From: Oscillospiraceae bacterium
GTDB taxonomy: Bacteria > Bacillota > Clostridia > Oscillospirales > Acutalibacteraceae
Assembly: GCA_015066575.1 (NCBI GenBank)
Contig: SVOD01000002.1
Span: 1-49,654, forward strand
Direction: 5' to 3'
Length of the DNA: 49,654 bases
Shown here piece by piece: positions 24,312 to 32,709 of this stretch. The notes under the pieces are model-generated. The model had not been told where the DNA came from. It did no database searches and was given only the letters and a program-made list of their open reading frames with translations. The translations under genes were made by a program, and so were the position numbers. The stretch's first letter is position 1. The number at the start of each line of letters is the position of its first letter.

Positions 24312-25222
24312 AACAGTGTTTCAATCACCTTTTCGCAGCCGGGCGGGCTGTAGCGCCATACATCCATATGCGTACCTGTAAAGTAATATTCCGGCGGTGC
24401 CGGCTCCGCCGCTTCAAAACTGTCGATAATACTGAGTTTAATTTTCATTTTTTCGGGAATAATGGATTTTATGTAGACTGCTACCGCCTGCCCCGCGACA
24501 ACGCTGTCGCTATATTCGGCAAGCCCTGCCAAATTCGGCGCCAGTTCAATGAAAACGCCGTAGTTTTCCACGCTTCTGACAATGCCCTGCACCGTTTGCC
24601 CCGCCTCAAAACGCGCGGCATTTTCTTCCCAGGTGCCGAGCAGTTCGCGCAGCGAAAGGGTCAGTTTTCCTTCCGCCTTGCTTTTAAGCACACAGCGCAG
24701 CACCTGCCCTTCACAGACCCTCTGGCGCGGGTGCGCGATGCGCGAAACCGAAAGCATATCTATCGGAATAAGTGCATTGAGCCCTGCGCCGACATCCACA
24801 AAAGCGCCGAAGCGGTCTAAATGGGTTACTTTTACCTCTAACACATCGCCCGGCTGCAAAAACCGAATATACTGCTGCTTGCACTGCGCCTGTACCGCAG
24901 CGCGCGAGCAAATCGCCATCACATCCGCTCCGTCCCTGACAAACTCGCGAATGACAAACTGCACGGGTTTTCCCACTTTGGAAATAAAAGCAATATCCTT
25001 CATCTGCCCCGCTTCGGCGCCGAGTGCTCCCTCACTTTTGGGAATCATACCGTCCACAGCGCCGAGCTTGACATACAAATTCTGTTCACTGTCGCACAGA
25101 TAGCAAACACTCTCGAGCACGGTTTGATTGATGCGCGCCTCTTCCAAAGCAGCCAAAGAGCGCATTGCCTGTACATTTGCCTTTGTCTTGCATAATTTAC
25201 CCTCAAAACAAAACTCTTTCAT
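24305..25222 (-). CDS. S1 RNA-binding domain protein (multiple S1/OB repeats)
   Basis: The product is ~305 aa from the ATG at 25222, with RBS GGAGG 8 nt upstream. S1-like repeats include GDVLEVKVTHLDRFGAFVDV and GQTVQGIVRSVENYGVFIEL. Confidence 0.75.
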   Translation of the reverse strand: MKEFCFEGKLCKTKANVQAMRSLAALEEARINQTVLESVCYLCDSEQNLYVKLGAVDGMIPKSEGALGAEAGQMKDIAFISKVGKPVQFVIREFVRDGADVMAICSRAAVQAQCKQQYIRFLQPGDVLEVKVTHLDRFGAFVDVGAGLNALIPIDMLSVSRIAHPRQRVCEGQVLRCVLKSKAEGKLTLSLRELLGTWEENAARFEAGQTVQGIVRSVENYGVFIELAPNLAGLAEYSDSVVAGQAVAVYIKSIIPEKMKIKLSIIDSFEAAEPAPPEYYFTGTHMDVWRYSPPGCEKVIETLFK

Positions 25223-25287
25223 TTTTCTTTCCTCCAAAAATAATACATCCCTAAATTTTATGCCGACAGCCCCAAAATTATTAATAG

Positions 25288-25316
25288 TTTACAATCCGCG
25301 AATTATGTGTTAATAT
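25288..25316 (+). promoter_or_regulatory. Candidate promoter of the DUF951-prfA operon
   Basis: TTTACA (25288-25293), 17 nt, TAATAT (25311-25316), with TGT immediately upstream (extended -10). Confidence 0.45.
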
Positions 25317-25369
25317 ATACTGTGATTATGTAATAATAATTAATAATATATAATTATTTAAGGGTTCAG

Positions 25370-25546
25370 ATGGATATTCAAGTCGGTCAAATTATCAAAA
25401 CCAGGAAGCCGCACCCCTGTTCGGGCGATGAATGGGAAGTGCTGCGCGTCGGGATGGATTTCAAACTCAAGTGCCTCACCTGCGGCAGAGAAGTCATGGT
25501 CCCGCGCAAAAAGGCGGAAAAATCCATCAAACAAATCATAAAGTAG
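25370..25546 (+). CDS. DUF951-family small protein (58 aa; not in the supplied ORF track)
   Basis: My own translation is [58 protein letters not shown]. It matches the HPCG..W...R.G.D...KC..CG..VM.PR pattern I recall for DUF951, a family that commonly precedes translation genes in Firmicutes. Confidence 0.7.
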   Translation: MDIQVGQIIKTRKPHPCSGDEWEVLRVGMDFKLKCLTCGREVMVPRKKAEKSIKQIIK

Positions 25547-25557
25547 GTACAGCACAG

Positions 25558-26637
25558 ATGTTAGATAAATTAGAAGGCATTTACAGCCGCTTCCAAACCG
25601 TAACCGAGCAGCTTTGCTCTCCCGAAGTGGTTTCCGATATGGAAAAATACACTTCGCTGATGAAAGAGCAAAAGAAGCTCGAACCGATTGTTGAAAAATA
25701 CAAGGAATTAAAAACCGCCACCGCGAATGCCGCCGAAGCGGAACAGCTGCTTGAAGAAGGCGGTTCGGATAAAGAGCTCAAAGAGCTCGCCGTGGAGGAA
25801 CTCAAGCAGGCAAAGGAACAAATTGAAACCTGCACGGAGGAGTTGAAAATTCTCCTGCTCCCCCGCGACCCGAATGATGATAAAAACGTCATTGTCGAAA
25901 TCCGCGGTGGTGCCGGCGGTGAAGAAAGCGCGCTTTTTGCAGGCACGCTTTACAGAATGTATACCATGTACGCCGAGTCCAAAGGATTTAAGCACGAAGT
26001 GCTTTCGGCGCAGGAAACCGGGCTTGGCGGCTTTAAAGAAATCTCCTTTTCCATTTCGGGCGACGGCGCCTATTCCCGCTTCAAGTTTGAAAGCGGCGTA
26101 CACCGCGTACAGCGCGTGCCGGAAACCGAAAGCCAGGGGCGCATCCACACCTCGACCTCTACCGTAGCGGTTCTTCCCGAAGCGGAGGAAGTCGATATTG
26201 ATATCAACCCGACCGATTTGCAGATTGATACCTTCCGCTCCAGCGGTGCCGGCGGGCAACACATCAACAAAACCGAAAGTGCGATTCGTATCACCCACAT
26301 CCCGACCGGTACGGTCGTAGAATGTCAGGACGAACGCAGCCAACATAAAAACAAAGATAAGGCGATGAAAATTCTGCGCTCGCGCATTTTGGAAAAAGAG
26401 CGCGAAAAGCAAAACGCGGAAATCGCCGGCGACCGCAAAGCGCAGGTCGGCACCGGCAACCGCAATGAGCGTATCCGAACCTATAACTACCCGCAGGGCA
26501 GAGTCAGTGACCACCGCATCGGCTTAACGCTCTATAAATTAGAGCAGATTTTAAACGGTGATTTGGATGAACTCATTGACGCTTTGATTACCGCGGATAC
26601 CGCAGAAAAACTTCGCGCCAGCGAATCAGAAACATAA
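25558..26637 (+). CDS. prfA: Peptide chain release factor 1
   Basis: The start MLDKLEGIY... is at 25558. The supplied ORF start at 25432 overlaps DUF951 in another frame. The GGQ motif [14 protein letters not shown] and the RF1 tripeptide region [14 protein letters not shown] are present. Confidence 0.93.
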   Translation: MLDKLEGIYSRFQTVTEQLCSPEVVSDMEKYTSLMKEQKKLEPIVEKYKELKTATANAAEAEQLLEEGGSDKELKELAVEELKQAKEQIETCTEELKILLLPRDPNDDKNVIVEIRGGAGGEESALFAGTLYRMYTMYAESKGFKHEVLSAQETGLGGFKEISFSISGDGAYSRFKFESGVHRVQRVPETESQGRIHTSTSTVAVLPEAEEVDIDINPTDLQIDTFRSSGAGGQHINKTESAIRITHIPTGTVVECQDERSQHKNKDKAMKILRSRILEKEREKQNAEIAGDRKAQVGTGNRNERIRTYNYPQGRVSDHRIGLTLYKLEQILNGDLDELIDALITADTAEKLRASESET

Positions 26638-26653
26638 AGGAATTCTCATATCC

Positions 26654-28948
26654 ATGAACACAAAGGTTTTTACCAAAAATGAATTACGGGAAGCCGCTGC
26701 CATCATCAGAGAAGGCGGCGTGGTCGCGATGCCTACCGAAACGGTCTACGGTCTTGCCGCAAACGCGTTAGATACCGAAGCGGTCAAGAAGATTTACGAA
26801 GCAAAGGGCAGGCAGAGCGACAATCCGCTGATTGTGCATATTGCCAATATCTCCGACTGGGGCAAGCTGGTCGAGCAGATTCCGCAAAACGCCAAGCTCT
26901 TAGCTGAGCGTTTTTGGCCGGGTCCGCTGACCATTGTGCTCAAAAAGAGCCCTCTGGTGCCCGACATTGTCAGCGGCGGGTTAGATACCGTGGCAGTCAG
27001 AATGCCAAAAAACAAGATTGCTTTCCGATTCATTAAAGAGTGCGGGGTGCCGCTCGCCGCGCCGAGTGCCAATATTTCCGGTGCACCCAGCCCCACCAGG
27101 TTTTCCCATGTTTTTCAGGATATGAACGGTAAAATTGATGGGATTATAGACGGCGGCGACTGCATGGTCGGTTTGGAATCGACTGTCATTTCCCTGGTCG
27201 AAGATATCCCGACCATTTTGCGGCCGGGCAGAATTACTGCCGAGCAAATCCGCAAAGTCATCGGTGAGGTCACCATTCACCACACGGCGACCGGTGAACT
27301 GGCAGCGGGTGAAAAGCCCCTGTCACCGGGCATGAAATATAAGCACTACGCACCGCGCGCCGCGCTGCAATTGGTTAAAGGCAGCGACACCGATTATATT
27401 ACTTATATCAAAGAGCACGCAGCAGAGAATACCGCCGTGATTTGTTTCAACGAAGACTTGAATGCGCTTACCGACTACAACACCTTCTCTTTGGGTGCCA
27501 AGCTCGATAGTGTTACCCACGCAAAGCGCCTGTTTGATATTCTCAGAGCCATCGATGATAAGGGGCTGACAGAAGCCTTTGCCCCGCTGGCACAAAACAA
27601 CGGTGTGGGGTTGGCGGTCAATAACCGCCTGCTGCGCGCTGCCGGCTTCAATATCATTGACTTAACACTTGTTTCTTCCACCGATACCGCGCAAGACTCA
27701 CAACAGGGTGCACAGGACACGGCAGACAATATAAACCCGGTTGATTTAAAGGAACTCGGCGACAACAAAATTGAAACCGCCGCTTCTGCCGACACGCAGG
27801 AGGATACAGGGGTGCAAAAAGCACCGCAGCCTGCGCAACAAAGTGAAACCGCCGCCGCGAAAGCACCGGAAGAGGCTCCTGAACAGGCACAGAACACGAC
27901 TCCCGCGCCTCAAAGCGAAAGCAGCGAAAACGACACACCGGATGACCCGCTCGCCGTAACACTCGGCACAATGGAAGAGGACTCGGCGATTTTGGCGCTT
28001 AACGATATCCGTTTCGGTGAAGATTTCAACGAAGATTTCAGCAAAGCCATTAGCGATAATATCACCGTAGTCGAAAAGACCGAAGAAGACGACCCCACAA
28101 AAATCTTCTATGAAGCCCTCATTGATGAGGACGGTATTAAACCTGCCGCTTACCCGGTTGATACCATCGATGAAGACTTCCAATTCGATGTCTACGACGA
28201 TGATATCCCGAAAAGAAAAGGCTTGTTTTCTCGCATTTTCGGCAAAAAAGAAGAGGAAGAAGACATCGAACCCGAACCCTTCCTGCCGCTGCCGAATGCC
28301 CGATGGAATTCCCAAGCCGCTCTTCAAGAAGACGGTGGCGCACACGAACCTGCAACCCCCGCCGAAAAGGCAGATAGAATCGGGGGCGAGAAGTATGAGA
28401 AAATTCCCGGCATTCGTGTTGTCGGTATCACCGGTAAAAGCGGTTGCGGCAAAACCTATATTGCTAACCGCTTGGCCACCAAGACACCCAACAGCATTGT
28501 AATCAACGCCGATGATGTCTACCACTCTATGTTGAACAGCGACAGCTTGGTGCTGAGCATCGTCGTCGCATTCGGCGACGAGGTTTTGGACGGAAAAACC
28601 ATCAACCGCAAAAAATTAGCTTCGCTTGCCTTTAGCAGCGAAGAGAATTTAAATAAGCTGAACCGCACAGTATTGCCGGCGGTAGCGCAAAAAATCATTT
28701 CTTTGATTGAGCACGCCAAGGCAAGCGGTGTCAAAACTGTCTTTTTGGATGCGCCCACACTCATTGAAAGCGGGCTTAATCAAGTGTGTAATGAAGTAAT
28801 TTTCATTATCGCCGACCCGGCAATCCGCCAGGAGCGCATTGTGGAAAGAGATAATATTACGCTCGATGAAATCGGTCAAAGAATGCGCTTTGAGAAGGAT
28901 GATACCTTCTATGTGCGCTATGCCGACAGAATTATTCGCAACAATTAA
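26654..28948 (+). CDS. Fusion protein: L-threonylcarbamoyladenylate synthase (Sua5/TsaC, YrdC + Sua5 domains), ~220-aa acidic linker, dephospho-CoA kinase (CoaE)
   Basis: The N-terminus has AMPTETVYGLAANAL and KGRQSDNPLIVHI (YrdC), then ESTVISL...ILRPGRIT...PGMKYKHYAPRA (Sua5 C-domain). Residues ~345-570 are D/E/Q/T/P-rich low complexity. The C-terminus has VVGITGKSGCGKTYIANRL (P-loop) and ...INADDVYHSML..., which are CoaE-like. It is a single uninterrupted 764-codon ORF. Confidence 0.8.
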   Translation: MNTKVFTKNELREAAAIIREGGVVAMPTETVYGLAANALDTEAVKKIYEAKGRQSDNPLIVHIANISDWGKLVEQIPQNAKLLAERFWPGPLTIVLKKSPLVPDIVSGGLDTVAVRMPKNKIAFRFIKECGVPLAAPSANISGAPSPTRFSHVFQDMNGKIDGIIDGGDCMVGLESTVISLVEDIPTILRPGRITAEQIRKVIGEVTIHHTATGELAAGEKPLSPGMKYKHYAPRAALQLVKGSDTDYITYIKEHAAENTAVICFNEDLNALTDYNTFSLGAKLDSVTHAKRLFDILRAIDDKGLTEAFAPLAQNNGVGLAVNNRLLRAAGFNIIDLTLVSSTDTAQDSQQGAQDTADNINPVDLKELGDNKIETAASADTQEDTGVQKAPQPAQQSETAAAKAPEEAPEQAQNTTPAPQSESSENDTPDDPLAVTLGTMEEDSAILALNDIRFGEDFNEDFSKAISDNITVVEKTEEDDPTKIFYEALIDEDGIKPAAYPVDTIDEDFQFDVYDDDIPKRKGLFSRIFGKKEEEEDIEPEPFLPLPNARWNSQAALQEDGGAHEPATPAEKADRIGGEKYEKIPGIRVVGITGKSGCGKTYIANRLATKTPNSIVINADDVYHSMLNSDSLVLSIVVAFGDEVLDGKTINRKKLASLAFSSEENLNKLNRTVLPAVAQKIISLIEHAKASGVKTVFLDAPTLIESGLNQVCNEVIFIIADPAIRQERIVERDNITLDEIGQRMRFEKDDTFYVRYADRIIRNN

Positions 28949-28963
28949 CAGGAGTTGATTTTT

Positions 28964-30361
28964 ATGTCACAAGCAAAAGACCTCAAGCAAAAGCTCTTCA
29001 ACAAGTTTGAAAACGGCTACAAGGCAATGAGCGAACAGGCGTTGGAAACATGTAATACCTATGCCAAGGGCTATATTGACTTTTTAGACAAAAACCGCAC
29101 CGAAAGAGAGTGCGCCGTTTTTGCCGAAAAGGTGTTGCGCGCAAACGGCTTTGAGCCTGTTGATGAGCAGCGCACCGAGCCTTATAAAGCCGGCGATAAA
29201 ATTTACAAAATCCAGCGCAACAAAGCGGTGATTGCTGCCGTTATCGGCAAGAAAGACCTCGCCCGGGGTGTCAAAATTGCCGCTGCGCATATAGACTCTC
29301 CGCGCCTGGATTTAAAACCGAACCCGCTGTATGAAAGCGAAAATATGGCGTTCTTTAAAACCCATTACTACGGCGGCATTAAAAAGTACCAGTGGACCGC
29401 CATTCCGCTGGCACTTCACGGTGTAGTGTGTAAAGCAGATGGCGAGAAACTCACCGTCAATATCGGCGACGACTCGGCTGACCCGCAGTTTGTGGTCACC
29501 GACCTGTTGCCCCACCTGGCAACCGAGCAAATGAAGCGCGAAGCAAGGCAGATTGTAAAAGCCGAAGAGCTTAACCTGCTGATCGGCTCCGTTCCGTTTA
29601 AAGATGATGAAGAAAGCGAACTGGTAAAACTCAACATCTTAAACCTGCTCTTTGAAAAATACGGCATTTGCGAAAGAGATTTCCTCTCGGCAGAACTGTG
29701 CGCCATTCCTGCCTTCCCGGTTAGAGAAATCGGCTTCGACCGCTCCTTTATCGGCGGCTACGGGCATGATGATAAGGTCTGCGCTTACCCGGCGCTGACT
29801 GCACTGCTCGAGTGTGGTGTGCCCGAAAATACCTGCCTTGCCGTTTGGGTGGATAAAGAAGAAATCGGTTCCGAAGGCAATACCGGTATGAAGTGCGACT
29901 TTTTGCGCTACTTTATTGCAGACTTGGCAAGAACTGTCGGCTTGCAGGGCAGAGATGTCATTCGTCACTCCTCCTGCATTTCTGCGGATGTGAATGCCGG
30001 CTTTGACCCGACCTTCGCGGATGTGGTCGATAAATATAACTGCGCTTATGTCAATAAGGGCGTGTGCCTGACCAAATACACCGGTGCCGGCGGCAAGAGC
30101 GGCTCGAACGATGCGAGCGCCGAGTTCATTGCCTACCTGCGCGGCATCTACGATAAAGCCGGTGTGCTGTGGCAAATCGGTGAGCTCGGCAAAACCGACC
30201 TGGGCGGCGGCGGCACGGTCGCCAAGTATGTGGCAAATTTAGATATTGAAACGGTTGATTTAGGCGTGCCGGTATTAAGTATGCACGCACCGTTTGAAAT
30301 CATCGGCAAAATCGACCTCTACAACGCCCATTTAGCCTTTAAAGAATATTTCAAAGCATAA
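28964..30361 (+). CDS. M18-family aminopeptidase
   Basis: The ATG at 28964 has GGAG 9 nt upstream. The supplied start at 28955 is a TTG. Motifs AAHIDSPRLDLKPNP, GGYGHDDKVC, DKEEIGSEG and SMHAPFE are typical of M18 aspartyl/ApeA-type aminopeptidases. Confidence 0.85.
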   Translation: MSQAKDLKQKLFNKFENGYKAMSEQALETCNTYAKGYIDFLDKNRTERECAVFAEKVLRANGFEPVDEQRTEPYKAGDKIYKIQRNKAVIAAVIGKKDLARGVKIAAAHIDSPRLDLKPNPLYESENMAFFKTHYYGGIKKYQWTAIPLALHGVVCKADGEKLTVNIGDDSADPQFVVTDLLPHLATEQMKREARQIVKAEELNLLIGSVPFKDDEESELVKLNILNLLFEKYGICERDFLSAELCAIPAFPVREIGFDRSFIGGYGHDDKVCAYPALTALLECGVPENTCLAVWVDKEEIGSEGNTGMKCDFLRYFIADLARTVGLQGRDVIRHSSCISADVNAGFDPTFADVVDKYNCAYVNKGVCLTKYTGAGGKSGSNDASAEFIAYLRGIYDKAGVLWQIGELGKTDLGGGGTVAKYVANLDIETVDLGVPVLSMHAPFEIIGKIDLYNAHLAFKEYFKA

Positions 30362-30419
30362 CAAAAAAAAACTCCTACCATTAAGGGTAGGATACGTGGT
30401 TTTGAGTGAAGCTAAAAGC

Positions 30420-30454
30420 GGCGGCTTGGAATGCATTCCAAGCCGCCTTTTTTA
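30420..30454. terminator. Strong bidirectional terminator between convergent genes
   Basis: A 28-nt perfect palindrome ggcggcttggaatg/cattccaagccgcc is followed by T6 on the + strand and flanked by A4 on the other side. It lies between stops at 30361 (+) and 30461 (-). Confidence 0.8.
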
Positions 30455-30460
30455 TCGATA

Positions 30461-32302
30461 TTAATAGACAAATTCCCAGTCCCAGACTTTTCCGTTACTG
30501 TCGAAATATACCCAACCGTAGTCATAATCTCCCCACTCGTAGTACCATGTTTCACCATAAGAACTCTCGTAAATACGCGTTGGATAGCGATAGTCCGGCA
30601 CCAGCTTTACCATAGATTGTGAATATCCCACCTTAATATAGTCGGTATAGTACACAATATCGGTATACTTAATCATGCCCTGCCCAAACTCATTGGCATA
30701 TTTTAAGGTGATTTTTGTTCCGGCACTATGATAACCGACTTTCAAAGAATAGTAAAACTTCTTACTGTCTTTTGTGACTTTTGCGGTATAGGTCTTGCCG
30801 CCTATCGTCACCAGAATTTTCGTGCCTTTGAGCGCATTGGTGACATAGCCCTTTATCACATTTTGGCTTTTATAAATATAGTTATTGGATAATGTTTTAT
30901 CAACAGGAAATACGCGGTGCTTTGCCGCCCAATTACCGTAAACAACCGTACCGTCTGCCCACTGTTTATACGCTCTGACCGTAACGGTGTAAATCTTACC
31001 TTCAACTAATTTTAATGTATATTTGACATTCTTTGTTTTATAATACTTCCAGTTGCCGCCCTTTACCTGTACGGCAATCTGGTAGCCGGTGACACCGCCG
31101 CCGCATTTATTATATTGCAATGCTGCCCGGTTGAATTCCCAATCATCCTCATTAAATTTCTCAATCAATCCGGTAATTTTAGTCGTTTGCGGAATGATGT
31201 AGTAGTATTTCTTGACACTGTCCACAAAATCGCCTGTTCCGGTAATGGTGACATAGCGGTAGCCGATGTTTTTATTGTCGCTGTATTTGACTTTAACCTT
31301 GATGGCTTTGCCTTTATAGGTTACCTTGATATTGAGCGGCTGCGCCTTGCCGTTATAGATTTTGTTTTTGATGCCGCTGATTTTGCAATCTGCCAGACTT
31401 AAGCCTGCTGTGCGCGTTTGCACCTTGCTCCAGGTGCCGAATTGATAATCACCATCAATCAAGGCATAGGTGCGCACGCGAAAATCATACTTTGCTTTGT
31501 TCTTTAAGCCTGAAAAGGTCTTTGTCGTTGCACTCTTCAAGTCATAATTTTGCCAAGTGCCGCCGGATTTTCTAAACTGCAGTTGGTAATACACCTCGCC
31601 GGAAAATTGCTTAATATCCGCGCGAATAGCGGTCTTTGCCAGCTTAAAGTTAGAAAACGCTGCTTGCGGCAAGCGAATGGAAAAATACAGGCGCTTACTG
31701 CCAGTAAAATTGCCTGTACCGGTAATATCCACATATGCTTCATCCTCACATGGATTTATGTTGTTAAAGTATTCCGCGCTGAAGGTCGCCTTATGACCAT
31801 TGTAAGAGATATTCATTTTTTGCTGCACAGGTGCCCCCGTGTAAAGCAAATCCTTAAAGCCGGTGATGCTGCAGTCATTCATGTCAACCGGTAGCACATT
31901 GATTTTGATAGTGGGATCCTCTCTTTCCCAATAACCTTCTTCTTCCTCATACCAACCATAGTAATCATCCACTTTAATATAATATGTTCCGGTTTTTTGC
32001 GCAGTTAATAAATAGTAGGGCTCTTCTATTAAATCGTACTCATCATCACTAATACATTTTTCAACTAAAAAACCTTGATTTAGTCCGCTTAAATCAACAT
32101 CGCAATAATATTCATTTGTCAAATAAAACGAATCATAGACATGTATGGTGATTTCGCGCTCACAATCATACACATCATACATATCATACTCATCATCAAA
32201 CCACTCATCTTCCTCTGCCGCGGCATTGACTGCACAGGCAGAAAAAACAGCTGTCAAAAGCACCGCGAGAATCAGTGTAGCCCATAATACTCTTTTCTTC
32301 AT
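30461..32302 (-). CDS. Secreted Tyr/Lys/Trp-rich repeat protein (Ig-like + FN3-like module pairs, C-terminal cell-wall-binding-like repeat)
   Basis: The start is the ATG at 32302 (RBS AAGGAG; signal peptide MKKRVLWATLILAVLLTAVFSACAVNAAA). The supplied ORF extends to 32368. Two homologous modules end ...ITGTGNFTGSKRLYFSI and ...ITGTGDFVDSVKKYYYI, each followed by an FN3-like segment. The C-terminus GWVYFDSNGKVWDW resembles a CW_binding_1 (choline-binding-type) repeat. Confidence 0.6.
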   Translation of the reverse strand: MKKRVLWATLILAVLLTAVFSACAVNAAAEEDEWFDDEYDMYDVYDCEREITIHVYDSFYLTNEYYCDVDLSGLNQGFLVEKCISDDEYDLIEEPYYLLTAQKTGTYYIKVDDYYGWYEEEEGYWEREDPTIKINVLPVDMNDCSITGFKDLLYTGAPVQQKMNISYNGHKATFSAEYFNNINPCEDEAYVDITGTGNFTGSKRLYFSIRLPQAAFSNFKLAKTAIRADIKQFSGEVYYQLQFRKSGGTWQNYDLKSATTKTFSGLKNKAKYDFRVRTYALIDGDYQFGTWSKVQTRTAGLSLADCKISGIKNKIYNGKAQPLNIKVTYKGKAIKVKVKYSDNKNIGYRYVTITGTGDFVDSVKKYYYIIPQTTKITGLIEKFNEDDWEFNRAALQYNKCGGGVTGYQIAVQVKGGNWKYYKTKNVKYTLKLVEGKIYTVTVRAYKQWADGTVVYGNWAAKHRVFPVDKTLSNNYIYKSQNVIKGYVTNALKGTKILVTIGGKTYTAKVTKDSKKFYYSLKVGYHSAGTKITLKYANEFGQGMIKYTDIVYYTDYIKVGYSQSMVKLVPDYRYPTRIYESSYGETWYYEWGDYDYGWVYFDSNGKVWDWEFVY

Positions 32303-32384
32303 ACATTCATCTCCTTTGTGATATACTCTAACACTATCATAATACATATCTGCTTTTTGCGCAAACATTTTTTTGAGTTTATAG

Positions 32385-32446
32385 ATAAAAAATAGGTAAA
32401 AACCGAAATTTCAAAATTACTTTTGGAACTTGGGTTTTTACCTATT
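32385..32446 (-). terminator. Terminator-like long hairpin between the 1696-aa gene and the 635-aa gene
   Basis: The minus-strand RNA has a perfect 14-bp stem AAUAGGUAAAAACC...(28 nt)...GGUUUUUACCUAUU followed by UUUU. Confidence 0.5.
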
Positions 32447-32709
32447 TCTTTTGCTTATGGGCAATGCTTTGCACAATTCAAAAGTGCACTTTTCAGCTTT
32501 CTCGTTTTCCCGGCAGGCGTCATGGTAGCTGTTTGCCTGTTGGCGGAAAACTTAAAGCACTGCCTGTATTGTTGCACCGCCGCCTGTTGCGGGCGGTGCC
32601 CCCGCAAACGAACTCTCGGTGCGGGAGCGGTCAACTCCCGCACCTATAATGGAGTTCATTTAAGGTCTGTTACCGCTTTTTAAAAACGGTAAAAGTTTTA
32701 CTTGAAGAG

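Noticed and set aside
25358-25555. A 65-aa minus-strand ORF between the S1 gene and prfA.
   Set aside because: The + strand of the same interval encodes a 58-aa protein with the DUF951 Cys pattern (HPC...KC..CG), in operon position before prfA and behind a plausible promoter. The minus-strand ORF has no RBS or recognisable features.
25432-25557. An N-terminal extension of prfA as given in the ORF track (start at 25432).
   Set aside because: The extension overlaps the DUF951 coding sequence in another frame and is Arg/Gln/His-rich. Canonical RF1 N-termini begin like MLDKLEGIY, which starts at 25558.
27746-28525. A 259-aa minus-strand ORF. Similar antisense ORFs lie at 25708-26514, 48192-48866, 8990-9577, 13518-14183, 19110-19682, 29639-30175, 24278-24820, 23035-23520 and 23572-24057.
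   Set aside because: All are antisense to genes with unambiguous conserved motifs (RF1, RF2, CoaE, amidohydrolase, GSIII, RlmD, M18, S1, GalM). They lack RBSs and show the Arg/Gly/Val/Phe-rich composition typical of reverse-frame artefacts.
32480-32560. I considered a c-di-GMP-I riboswitch in the spacer before the 635-aa gene, because the minus strand contains GGCAAAC...GACGCCUGCCGGG.
   Set aside because: It lacks the P1b hairpin with GNRA loop and the ACGCAAAGC core. The match is limited to two short words and is interrupted by a terminator-like hairpin before the gene.
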